The notes under the pieces were generated by a model. That model did no database searches, was not told the origin of the DNA, and was given only the letters and a program-made list of their open reading frames with translations. Source: Podarcis gaigeae (Eukaryota). From it: a DNA stretch of 64,000 bases. Within the stretch, counting starts at the first letter, position 1, and every line of letters begins with the position of its first letter. Shown piece after piece: positions 53,202 through 64,000 of the stretch. The stretch lies in the NCBI GenBank assembly GCA_964106915.2, contig OZ066919.1. One strand, given 5' to 3'. Both the position numbers and the translations under genes were made by a program.

Positions 53202-53234
<33 letters not shown>

Positions 53235-53965
53235 CATATACATATACATATATATGTGCACCCACATGCTATATAGCTTTTACACTCAATGCAGGAGCTA
53301 CTTTGGCTTAGGCTAATGTCACAAAAGGCCAAATACCAACTTGGGTGAGTTTGACCCCAAACCCAGCTCAACTATTACAGTCTGGGCCAGGGTTTTATCC
53401 CATTTTTGTAATCTGTCTCTTCAGAGTTATGTTCAGCTGTTGCAGTAATGTTTTCCAAGTCTTTACCTGGCTCCTCCCAACATCTCTGCACTTGAGGGGC
53501 TTAGTGTTACCGCAGAAATTAAGGCTGAATTTGAAGAGAGGAAGGAGTCTAGGAGCCCCTTTTTCTTACCTAGAGATCTGTGGGGCATATCCCAACTAGA
53601 GCTCAGGTAGGGTGAAAAAATCTCAAGAAAGGAGGGAGCTCTGTGTTAAGGTATCATCTTCCACAGATGAAATCTCTACCCCCATGCCTTATCCTTAACT
53701 GTGAGAAAGTCTAAATGCTTAGTGTGATTGCACTGGCACATAGTCATCCCCATATATCTTTGTTTTAGTCTTCTCCCCATCCCATCATATAATCCTCATT
53801 GCTTCCCTTCTCCAGTCTCAATATAGTCTGTGTGTCTGCTGCCAAGAAAACATGTCTCTCCTCCCCATCCCATGCCTGCATTTAAACTGTAAGGTCTCTG
53901 GGGCAGAGATGTTCATCTTTTGCTTCTGTTGCTCTTTTGCTCTCGAAAGCACTGTGTTAGCTGAT

Positions 53966-54334
53966 AAAGGTAAAGGTAAAGGTACCCCCGCCCATACGGG
54001 CCAGTCATGTCCGACTCTAGGGTTGTGCGCCCATCTCACTTAAGAGGCCGGGGGCCAGCGCTGTCCAGAGACACTTCCGGGTCACGTGGCCAGCGTGACG
54101 AAGCTGCTCTGGCGAGTCAGCACCAGCGCAGCACATGGAAACGCCGTTTACCTTCCCGCTATAAAGTGGTACCTATTTATCTACTTGCACTTAGGGGTGC
54201 TTTTGAACTGCTAGGTGGGCAGGAGCTGGGACTGAAAGATGGGAGCTCACCCCGCCGCGGGGATTCGAACCGCCGACCTTACGATCAGCAAGTCCTAGGC
54301 GCTGAGGTTTTACCCACAGTGCCACCCACGTCCC
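53966..54334 (-). mobile_element. Sauria SINE
   Basis: (AAAGGT)n tail and B box GGATTCGAACC on the plus strand. TSD GTGTTAGCTGATA / GTGTTGGCTGATA. Confidence 0.9.
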
Positions 54335-55060
54335 TGCCGTGTTGGCTGATAGCATGATATAAAACCTTGTTGCTTCTTCCTCCAGCTGCCCTGCTTCCCA
54401 GCCCAAAATGTATCCTGTGTGTGTGTGCATGTGTATGTGTGCCCGCACGCTACCACAAAATTTTCCAGTGAAACCCCTCTGGGTCTGAGAAAAGCAGGGG
54501 AGAAGCTGCAGCTGTGCCTTTTCCTTTCAACAACAGTTCTCATGGCAGCATCTTGACCCTGGGCTGAGTCCCAGCTGTCAGCGATTACTCCTTCCTTGGA
54601 GGAAGCTGCTGCCTTGTCCCTCCATTATTACGTTCCCTTCTCATCTCTTTCTGCAGGCTCACACGGCAAGTCGTGACACACTCACAGTCAAGGGAGGGCA
54701 GCCAGCCTTTGTCCTCCTTCCCCCATGTGATAGGAGGCTCTCGGCTGCTATTTGCACTCTCTGTGCCCTAAACAAAGGCTTCCCGTCTTTGATGCTGCCT
54801 TTCGGATAGGATGCGTTGACGCTGGTCATGAATCTACAGTCAGTTATATTTTCAGAAATAGGACAGCTCTTATTTAAGTAGCCCTCCGGAGAAACTTCCA
54901 GCTCAAAAAACAAAATGCAGTGTGCTTGTGAACACACCCTCTCCTGTATTTTGGTAGATGAAGATGGCACCATGTTTTTAGACTGTGAGGTGCTCCCCCT
55001 TCCCAAGCAAGCAGAGACATCCTTGAAGAAGCAATTTCCTATAGAGGAGATGTAGGGAGA

Positions 55061-55252
55061 GGACTGTAGCTCAGTGGTAGAGCATTTGCCTTGCATGCAG
55101 AAGGTCGCAGGTTCAATCCCTGGCATTTCCAGGTAGGGTTTGGAAAGACTTCCTGTATGAAAGCCTGAAGAGGCACCGCCAGTCAATGTGGGCAAGACTG
55201 AGCTAGAGGGATCAATGGTCTCATTCTGTATTAGGCAGCTTCCTATGTTCCC
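55061..55252 (+). mobile_element. tRNA-Ala-like-headed SINE
   Basis: GTAGCTCAGTGGTAGAGCATTTGCCTTGCATGCAGAAGGTCGCAGGTTCAATCCCTGGCATTTCCA, continuing into a body ending AGGCAGCTTCCTATGTTCC. Relatives at about 22011 and 32846. Confidence 0.8.
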
Positions 55253-55561
55253 ATAACTTTCTAGTCAAGAATTTATTTACAAATCTGCTGATTGTGTAGG
55301 CAGCTGCATTATGGAGAAACTAGCGGGGGGCGAGGGGTGGTAATGCCAGCTCCAAAGCAAGATCACTCCAGGATGCTGAAAGACCAACCCAACTACTCAG
55401 GACAAAAGGACAAAATGGCACCCTCAATGCCATTCCATGTACAAAAGCCACCCAACTTAGCTGTTGAATTTTACTTCAGAAGAGGACTATGTTGTCCACC
55501 ACATACCTGAAGGCTGCAGGATAGCTCAGAGAGCTTAGGACAGGTTTGTGAGAAGTGAGGT

Positions 55562-56011
55562 TACAGGGAACCAGGCAGAGGGCCGAATCAGTTGTGGCGC
55601 CCGCCCTGTGGAATGCCCTCCCACCAGATGTCAAGGAAATAAACAACTACCTGACTTCTAGGAGACATCTGAGGGCAGCACTGTTTAGGGAAGTGTTTAA
55701 TGTTTAATGTTTTATTTATTTATATTACAGTGGTACCTTGGGTTAAGAACTTAATTCGTTCTGGAGGTCGGTTCTTAACCTGAAACTGTTCTTAACCTGA
55801 GGTACCACTTTAGCTTTAGCACTGCCGCCACACGATTTCTGTTCTCATCCTGAAGCAAAGTTCTTATCCTGAGGTACTATTTCCTGGTTGGCGGATTCTG
55901 TAACCTGAAGTGTCTATAACCTGAGGTTATTGTTATTGTTATTGTTATTATTCTGTTGGGAGCCACCCAGAGTGGCTGGGGAAACCAAGCCAGATCAGCG
56001 GGGTATAAATA

Positions 56012-56052
<41 letters not shown>
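55562..56052 (+). mobile_element. L2 3' end with (TTA)n tail, interrupted by a family A Tc1/mariner MITE (55728 to about 55926)
   Basis: L2 sequence at 55562-55725 and 55950-56052 flanks TA|CAGTGGTACCTTGGGTTAAG...; the right TIR of the MITE is eroded. Confidence 0.8.
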
Positions 56053-56054
<2 letters not shown>

Positions 56055-57204
56055 CTTCTTATTTAAAAGAAAGCCCACACCACTGAGCGAATGCTACATG
56101 TCATGCAACATCTACTCTGAGTCTTCCTTTCCTATATAATGAGTGCTTCAAGTTGCCACTGGCAATCTCAATCATATATCAACCTCTGTTCTTATAGTTT
56201 ATCTCAGGATTGATTACAGGCAATTTCTTCCTTTCATTCCAATGCGTGACCTCTTGATTGGTTGCTTTATTGCTCAGGACTGTGCGCTGGCATAGAGACA
56301 TTTCTTGCTGAAGCCTATATTTGTTGCAACTGTTTTGGTTTTTGTTTGTTTGTGTAACATTATTTTTGGCCCTAAACTGAACAGAAGTAGCGGGAGTGTG
56401 GGGGAGAGAATGACAGCAATAGCTTTTGGATGATGATGCACTTCAAAAATTATTTGTGCTCTCTTGGATCAATGAGAAAAGGGCTCTGGAGGGCAATAAT
56501 ATCTCCTATGGTGCATCAGAACCTTTCCTCCTTTGTGTATCCACGCATTATGTATACAAAAGAGAAGTTTGCCATAAACCAAATGATTTGCTCTGTCATC
56601 GGTGATTCCAGTGGAGATGTGATGGCAGAATGACTGGAGCGCAGGAGAGTGCTTAGCTTGAAAACCCAGTGAAATGCACTCAGTTCTGCAGACTGCTCTT
56701 CAATTGCTTCCATACATTTTGCAAATATTTGGCCCATATGCTTTTTGGAGCTGTCAATACTGGTGAAAGATTGGAATCAAAAAGTACCTGAAGTATATTA
56801 GTCCATTTGTTGCCAGACCAGTTTAACAAAGAATCGCTATATGACAACATCTGGAAACCCTGGTGTTGCTGGAAAATGAATGTTTAAGTTAGATTTGCAT
56901 AGTCTTATCTTCTAAAATGTGACTGTCTCTGAGCTGCACTCCAAACTAAAGAGACACCACAGCTATTCTGCTATTGAAGGGTGGCAGATATTGTTGGACT
57001 AAGGCTCCATCCATTCCTGGCCATGCTGGCTGGGGCTGATGGAAGTTGGAGTCCAGCTATCTCTGGAGGGCCACCTCTGACCTATTGAGGCTGTTCAACA
57101 TCACCCAGAGCCCTATGTTAACTGAAAAAGTACATGGAGTGATCTGGTCTAGTCCAATCCAAATGAGATCTTATGTCTGAAGGAAACCCTTGTTCCTTAC
57201 CGCC

Positions 57205-57322
57205 AATAATAATAATAATAGTAGTAGTAGTAGTAATTTATTTATACCCTGCCCATCTGGCTGGGTTTCCACAGCCACTCTGGGCGGCTTGCATTAAAAC
57301 ACTAAACACTAAAACACTAAAT
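57205..57322 (-). mobile_element. Short L2 3' end
   Basis: (AAT)n(AGT)n followed by TTTATACCCTGCCCATCTGGCTGGGTTTCCACAGCCACTCTGGGCGGCTT. Confidence 0.75.
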
Positions 57323-57699
57323 GGTCGTTGCATATTTGCTGTGCGGGTTGTATGAGGCAAAGAAGGTTCTGATTCAGGTGGGCAGAAGAGAAAGATCTTG
57401 CCCCATCCCTCCACTGCCCCTGCCAGAGTGGCACAGCCCTCATATGGCAGCACAGTTGTGCAATGTGCAGTAATGTTAATAATAATAATAACATTTGTAT
57501 CCCATGTAGCACTAACAGTCCCATCAGTGCAAGGATTTCCAGGCATGCAACAGCACTCCTCCATCTCATCCCCCTGCATGCACCCCCATGTGCTCCCCAA
57601 ATGTGCTCCAAAGGATTGCGGGAAACCCCATAACAGATTTAGGGGCACTCGGGGGGAGGAGGGGGGAGTCCCATTACACAAGCAAATATACTTGCATGG

Positions 57700-57903
57700 A
57701 TGGAATGGTTACTTAGTGCTACGGAGTTTCCGGGCTCTCTGGCACTCGTCACAGTGTCCCGTTGTGCCAGAAGTGCTTTAGTCATGCTGGCCAGATGACC
57801 CAGAAATCTGTCTGTGGACAAACACCAGCTCCCTCGGCTTGAAGCGAGATGAGCGCCACACCCCATAGTCAAGATTGACTGGACTTAACCAACCTTTACC
57901 TTT
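57700..57903 (+). mobile_element. Degenerate Sauria-SINE-like 3' part
   Basis: CATGCTGGCCAGATGACCCAGAA...GAGATGAGCGCCACACCCCATAGTC...ACCTTTACCTTT. Confidence 0.6.
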
Positions 57904-58439
57904 TTCATATTGAATATAATCCTATGCGTCCATATTACACCTTATGAGTGTTCAAAGTGCTTGGCATTGTCCTCATAATAATTCTTACAACAAACCTGCA
58001 AGGCAGGCCCGTGTTATTACAGAGAGGAATAGATGGACTAAGACACAGAGAGGTGGGATTTTAGGAACTAAACTATTGAAGCTGCACACTTACTAGGGAG
58101 TAAGGTCACTTCCAGGTCACCTATTTATTGAGCATTCATCCTGATTTGTTTGCAGAAATGTTAGACACCAATGCATCAAGCAAGTGTTGTCCCACACTTT
58201 CCAGTCCATTTTCCTATCACTTTCCTTACTGCAAAAATTCTGATCTGTAGTGAAACCAGGTTTGTTGCACAATAGCTCCCAATCGACTTTAATTCAGCAA
58301 CCTGAATTTGCCGGTATAGCACCCAAAATTAGTGTCAATCTGGAAGTGCCCTAAGTTCCATTGAAGGAAGTGGAACTTGCATCCAAGTAAAACTGCATAG
58401 GATTTTGCCACACATGGGTCTCTGCATTTAATGTGCACT

Positions 58440-58486
58440 TTATATATATATATATATATATGCTTTCGTAGATAGATATATATATA
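58440..58486. repeat. (TA)n microsatellite with a 13-nt insert
   Basis: (TA)n TGCTTTCGTAGAT AG(AT)n. Confidence 0.9.
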
Positions 58487-59770
58487 GTAGCCACTGGGAG
58501 GCTGACCTGGATGAAAATTGCTCCCCTGGAGCTGCTCAGCAAAGTTCCCACTGACAACTGTTTTAGAATATGAGATCTTTTATTCTGCACAGTTATAATT
58601 CAATTTTTTTAAAAAAACTGAATAGCAGAAAGGGAAACAGACTGAGCCAGATGGTGGCTCAGGTAGTGGCTGAGCCAGGGTTTGATTTACTGGTCTCAAT
58701 GTCATTTCAGTTGCCAGTCCAGGAGGAAGCTAATATTGCTCTGCAGTTGGTTAATGCACTTGGAATCTTTTTAAAAATATTATGATATCCACCCAAAGTG
58801 GTTAAAAATGGTTATGTGAAGCAGCCACATTCAAGCTGCAGAAAAAAGAGGCGAATAACAAGAATATTTGAATTGTAAATGTCAGCCAGTGTCCTATTGC
58901 ATCAGTCCAGAACCCACTTCTTAAACATTCAGATGGCATGAACTAGCTATCGTGATTATATCATTACACAACAAATAATGGCTTCTTCTGGCTAAAAGGA
59001 AGCCTTTGCCACTATGCATGTGGGGAGAAATCGAGCTGACTGTTCTGTGTATTTATTCCTCTTCTTCTGAACTTGTTGTTATTCCTGTATTTGATACTCC
59101 ACAGCAGAGTCTGAAAGCTGCATTGCAGACAATCAGATCCGCCTTGCCTGTTTTAGCAGGTATCAAGCTCAGAGCCACACTATTGCTTGGATTACGTCTA
59201 TATCTGCTTGCTGCAGCTCGGATTCCCTTAGGACTTAATTATTTCTCCACAATGTGTTTTTTTTAGAGGCAGGACAACTTTACCCCATCGGTTTCATGGC
59301 ATCACCCATACCACATAAGCCACACTGCATTATCCACACAGCAAAAAAGAAAATTGCCATTAGGACACAGTATTGCACATAAACAGGATGCTGGCAGGAT
59401 GCCTTAGTTAAAAGATTATTGAATATCTTTGTGCATCCAGGGAGACTTTGATAAGACCTTTATCACAAGGACTTGCATCCTCAAATCTTTATTTTAACAA
59501 TGTTATAATCATGCGAATGGGAAAGTCCTAATGAATTAGCAGCTTGTTGCATGGACAAAAAATGATCATGTGTACCCCATTGTGGATATGCACTGTGTGC
59601 CACTGTCTATGGGGTTTCCCAGTGTCTTTAGAGCAGCCTCCCCAAACCTAGTGCACTCCAGATGTTGCTACACTACAACTCCCATCATTCACTGCCATTG
59701 AACATACTTGCTAGAGCTTATGGGGTATGGAGTCCAACAATAACTAGAGGGCAACTAGTTCCGGGAAGGC

Positions 59771-59813
<43 letters not shown>

Positions 59814-59999
59814 CTGCCCTCCACCAGCAGGTCCCAGATGTGTCAGATCTGGAACTTTGGAGTGGCTCTGAACTGAACTGCGATGATCCATATAGAGCGA
59901 TTTAGAGCCCTGATGACCAGATAGAAAGATTTAGCTCTCAGGCCTGAGGTTCCCCAGCCCTGGTGTATATACATGTCTCAACTGAGGACAGCACATCAT

Positions 60000-60130
60000 G
60001 TGCGTCTGATGTAAGTGGGACACTAATCCACAAAAGCTTGTGCCATTAAAAAATGCATGAGTCTTCTAAGGTGCTACAAGGCTCCTTGGTGTCTTTGCTG
60101 CAGCAGGCAAACACAGCTGTTTCTCTAGAT
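60000..60130 (+). mobile_element. Degenerate Penelope-like pLTR remnant with a decayed hammerhead motif
   Basis: CTGATGT-AA-GTGG...CCAC-AAAAGCTT followed by AGTCTTCTAAGGTGCTACAAGGCTCC...GCTGCAGCAGGCAAACACAGCT. Confidence 0.55.
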
Positions 60131-60910
60131 GCTGCACTTTTAGGAACTGCATGAAGAGGAAACTTCCATCAAATGTGGCTTTTTACATTTCAGCAATGCA
60201 CATTACATTCCAGTGCTGGGAAAAGCCAGGTATGCTGGATGTCTCCCATCTGTGCCACTCTTAAAGGTACAGGATCTGGTCACCTCCAGGGCACTTCTAC
60301 ATCCAAGCTTCCAGATCTCCTTGTTTTAAGGACGAGTCTTAAGGCTTAAGCACTGACACCTCTCTTATTAAAAACTGATCACTTGCCCTTTCTAAGTTTG
60401 CCTAAGATTAGCCAAGCAGGATTTGCATAGCACAAGCAGGATTTAGGAATATGATCTCCCCCTGTGCCAGAGGGAGGTTCATGTGACTGCAGAGAATTCG
60501 CCTCTGCAGGATGCAACATCTGTGTGCCCTTGCGACTGGCCTCTGCAGGGATGCAAACACCACACCCTGTGCCGGCCACCACTCTGGTCGGTGCAATACG
60601 TACTGGAACACTGCCTTGCAAATTCTTGTGGATGTTCTCTTTTGGGATTTGTGCCTTTACCACACACATTAAATGTTGGCACATTGCTTCTGGGCTTCCC
60701 ACATTCCCAGTCATCTGTTAAAATGGCATTGTGCCCAGTCTCACTTTCAAAAGTTGCAATGGAAACTCACCAAGCATACACAGTCAAGGCAACCCGGAAA
60801 ACACAGAAGGTTCAGTGTCTTGGAGGATTAGAAGCCTAGCATATGGAGAGCAGAAGAGCTCTTGCAACTAGAGGCAGGAAATGTTTTGTGTCAGAGCATA
60901 TGATGCAGAA

Positions 60911-61272
60911 GGGACGCAGGTGGCGCTGTGGGTTAAAGCCTCAGCGCCTAGGACTTGCCGATCGAAAGGTCGGCGGTTCGAATCCCTGCGGCGGGGTGCG
61001 CTCCCGCTGCTCGGTCCCAGCGCCTGCCAACCTAGCAGTTCGAAAGCACCTCCGGGTGCAAGTAGATAAATAGGGACCGCTTACCAGCAGGAAGGTAAAC
61101 GGCGTTTCCGTGTGTGGCTCTGGCTCGCCAGAGCAGCGATGTCACGCTGGCCACGTGACCCGGAAGTGTCTCCGGACAGCGCTGGCCCCTGGCCTCTTGA
61201 GTGAGATGGGCGCACAACCCCAGAGTCTGACAAGACTGGCCCGTACGGGCAGGGGTACCTTTACCTTTACCT
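60911..61272 (+). mobile_element. Sauria SINE, full length, young
   Basis: Near-identical to 4041-4407 (about 5 substitutions by eye). 13-bp TSD ATATGATGCAGAA at 60898-60910 and 61273-61285. Confidence 0.93.
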
Positions 61273-64000
61273 ATATGATGCAGAAAGCAAGAAATGCAAG
61301 TCACCTATAGCAGTTCCAGAACCGTGTGCGAGAATAACCATTCCATCTGATGCTATTTTCAGTATCATTTCCAGTCCTTTCTTAAGAATCCCTAATATTC
61401 TGTTTGCCTTTTAATTTGACATTTTGCACAGGTGTTTTTCAGAAAGTGGTCCCTAATTATTCCCATTCGGACATTCAGGAGCTGAAGAGGATCCCTCTCT
61501 TTCACAGGCCTCTGCCATTTCAGCTTTTACATGGAGGGTTCTTTGTTTGAAGGCAGGTGCCTTACACCAGTGTTTTTCAATGCTGGGCCCACAGCAGCTG
61601 TTGGATGACAACTCCCATCACCACAGGTAACTTAGCTAATAGGCAGGGATGATGGGACTTGTAGTCCTGGTTACTGAAGCTTGAAGGACGCTGCCTTACA
61701 TGACTTCCACACCTTATGTCAGAATTTACCAGCTCACCTGAGAGAGAGCCTGAGAGCTAACCCAAATCCACAGTCAAACAGGCTATAAATAAAAAGGAGC
61801 TCTCTCTCTCTCTTTTCTGTGTCCATCCCACCTCCCAGAAAAACAGAATCTTTCTGCCAGTTTTCAGAAGTCTCCTTCAGACTGACTCACAGTGATTTTG
61901 GGAGAAGTTGACCTTTTGAATTTATGTATGAAATGACCCGATCTGCTCTTCTTGGACTAAAATGTAGCTTTCATGCTTCTCCAAATGTTGCTATACTGCT
62001 GTGAACATTTTAAACCCTGAAGAAAATCTGTACCTGCTGCTTTGCGGCACATCTTTGGGAGGCTAAGGAGTAAACCCTACACAAAGCCAGAGTGGAGTGC
62101 CTAAGACCGTTGAATGGCATCTTGTACACCTCCTTCTGGCAACTCCTGCAGCCAAGCTGGTGCCAAACATATTGCTCTGCTTTCCTTTGAACCACATCAG
62201 CGAGGATGAAAGTGAGGGTGGGGGAGTCTTGTTGTTTGGGCACCCCAGGACCTATATACGCAATGCCCAAAGGTCACTTCACTGCTGCTAACACAGAAAA
62301 AAAAACACAGGAGGCAGCAGTTATGAGTTACCAGTCTCTGCAGCTACAGCAGTTGCTGTGACTTCACCTCCAGAGGTGCACTCCATTGTTTCTTGAGACA
62401 GATGGATGCCAATGGTACTGAATTTTAAAATGATGTGAACTGCTCTGGGACCTGCTCCAAAGTTCCAGATCTGACACATGCGCAGCCCTAGAAGAAGCAA
62501 TGGTAACTGTATGAAGGTAATGTTTACATTAGTTGCCCCACCCACTTTTACCTCTGGCCCCACCCACCACTGGCATGTGGAGTCCTGGTAGATTGTCCAG
62601 AAGGGAATGGAGCCCTTGGGTTGCAAAGGGTTCCCTGCCCCGGGGGGACACACTGGTGTGGACAAGGGGGAGGGCTTTGACAACAGAGGGCTCAGAATAG
62701 CAAATGCATCAGTCAGTATAGCATGTGAGAATTCACGCAGAGCTTGTTAAATGTACACAAAATAAGCGCCGTGATCATTCACAACAGCAGGAATGGGAGG
62801 AATTCTTCCTCTCTGAATTAGGTCCTTTGTTAGACATGACCCAACAAACAAGGATTGACCAAAAAGGAAAGCACCACCAATAGCTAATGGTGTAAACCAT
62901 CTTGCCCAGGTTACCTCACCCCCGTTGCATCACATCGTCTTATTCAATGCACTTCTCTCTCTCTCTCTCTCTCTCTCTTAAAATGGGGAGAGAGTGTCTA
63001 ATTTTCAAGCTGTGACTTTGCATTTTGTGCAGAGGAGGTGGCAGTATTGGTATTGATGAGAGCAAAGGGAGGAGGATTCCTGAACATCGCTGACTGCAGT
63101 GGCAGCTGCACTGCAGAGCAACACACTTAACTCCTTCAGAAAATAACAAAGGTACATGCAAACCAGGAACATTGAAACAGCAGCTGTCTGGAGCATTCAC
63201 AGCTCTCCCAAATGGATTCAGAAGGTCTTGGTGTGATTTATAGTTCAAAATTACTGTGTGTGTACAGTATGTGGACAAGGGAAAGAGAGGTGCAATGAGA
63301 GGATGCAAGAAATGCAGAAGAAAGGATGCATACATGTCCTCTTTTTTATATATGGCTCAAGAGCCGGGTTTGATCCAGACCTGCTACAATCTGTTCACAG
63401 CTTTAGAAACTTTAACAAGCAGATTCCCTGGAGGTGATTAGGCATCTAAATAAAGTATCTTTAATAGTGGTTAACATCACACAATTCTAGTCTGGTTTAA
63501 AAAAATAAATCCTGCAGTTAAAGAGATGTATGCATATCCCAAGTCATACCCCTTGCAGTCAGAACAAATTTTTGGTGCATTCATTTCAATAGTTCTACTC
63601 TGAGTAGAACTTAGATGGATTCCCAATAACCTTGTGTTTCATTTTATGAACCAGTAAAATTGCCTTCTTACCCTCGTGGTATCTCTAAAATATAGGGTGC
63701 CCACTGAAATGTAGGTTTTCTGTATGCTCACTGGTGACATGATATGTGTGACCTGTACAGATGGCACAGTGGAGGCTCAGCCCCTGTTTGTCCCAAGTGT
63801 GCATGGAATCCCCTGCCATAGGGAAATAAACAGATGTTGCTTTCAGCAATAGCAGATCAGACTCTCTCTATGTCTTCAGTATGTTCCATAGTCTTCAAGA
63901 TTCCAGTCACCACATGGGGTGGGAGAAATCTGGATTTAATGTTCCTCCTGTCCACCACAAAGAGAAACAATGGCCCAAGGAAGGTGGTGATTGGCAGGAG

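Noticed and set aside
52916-53371. 151-aa and 76-aa ORFs with the same peptide on both strands
   Set aside because: An artefact of the palindrome and the (TA)n tracts (YIYI runs).
55061-55130. tRNA-Ala(TGC) gene
   Set aside because: Mismatched anticodon stem, no poly-T terminator, and it continues into a repeated SINE body.
54659-55195. 178-aa minus-strand ORF
   Set aside because: It starts inside a SINE in antisense orientation and shows no recognisable protein features.
1-64000. CRISPR array or prokaryotic defence system
   Set aside because: The DNA is vertebrate, and no regularly spaced repeat-spacer structure is present. The repeats are explained by TEs and microsatellites.

Overview
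Vertebrate genomic DNA, almost certainly a squamate reptile (probably a lacertid lizard), judged from its Sauria SINEs, Bov-B, and L2/CR1/hAT/Tc1-mariner repertoire. The only host protein-coding gene I can support is an intact, uninterrupted Shaker-family K+ channel ORF, KCNA10/Kv1.8 (13484-15037, minus strand). It has a candidate spliced 5' UTR and a short uORF. The rest is intergenic DNA rich in transposable elements: the open 3' end of a hAT (Buster/Charlie/SPIN-like) transposase at the left edge, hAT and Tc1/mariner MITEs with TSDs, Sauria SINEs, three kinds of tRNA-headed SINEs with CR1-like tails, L2, CR1, Bov-B, a young 5'-truncated zinc-knuckle LINE, and a solo LTR. The most unusual structure is a perfect 88-bp-arm palindrome of Penelope-like terminal-repeat sequence carrying hammerhead-ribozyme-like motifs, inside a (TA)n tract at about 53 kb. 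A 13-nt copy of the same element end sits in another (TA)n tract at 58.46 kb. There is no CRISPR array or prokaryotic system. TE family names come from recalled consensus features, not from database searches.
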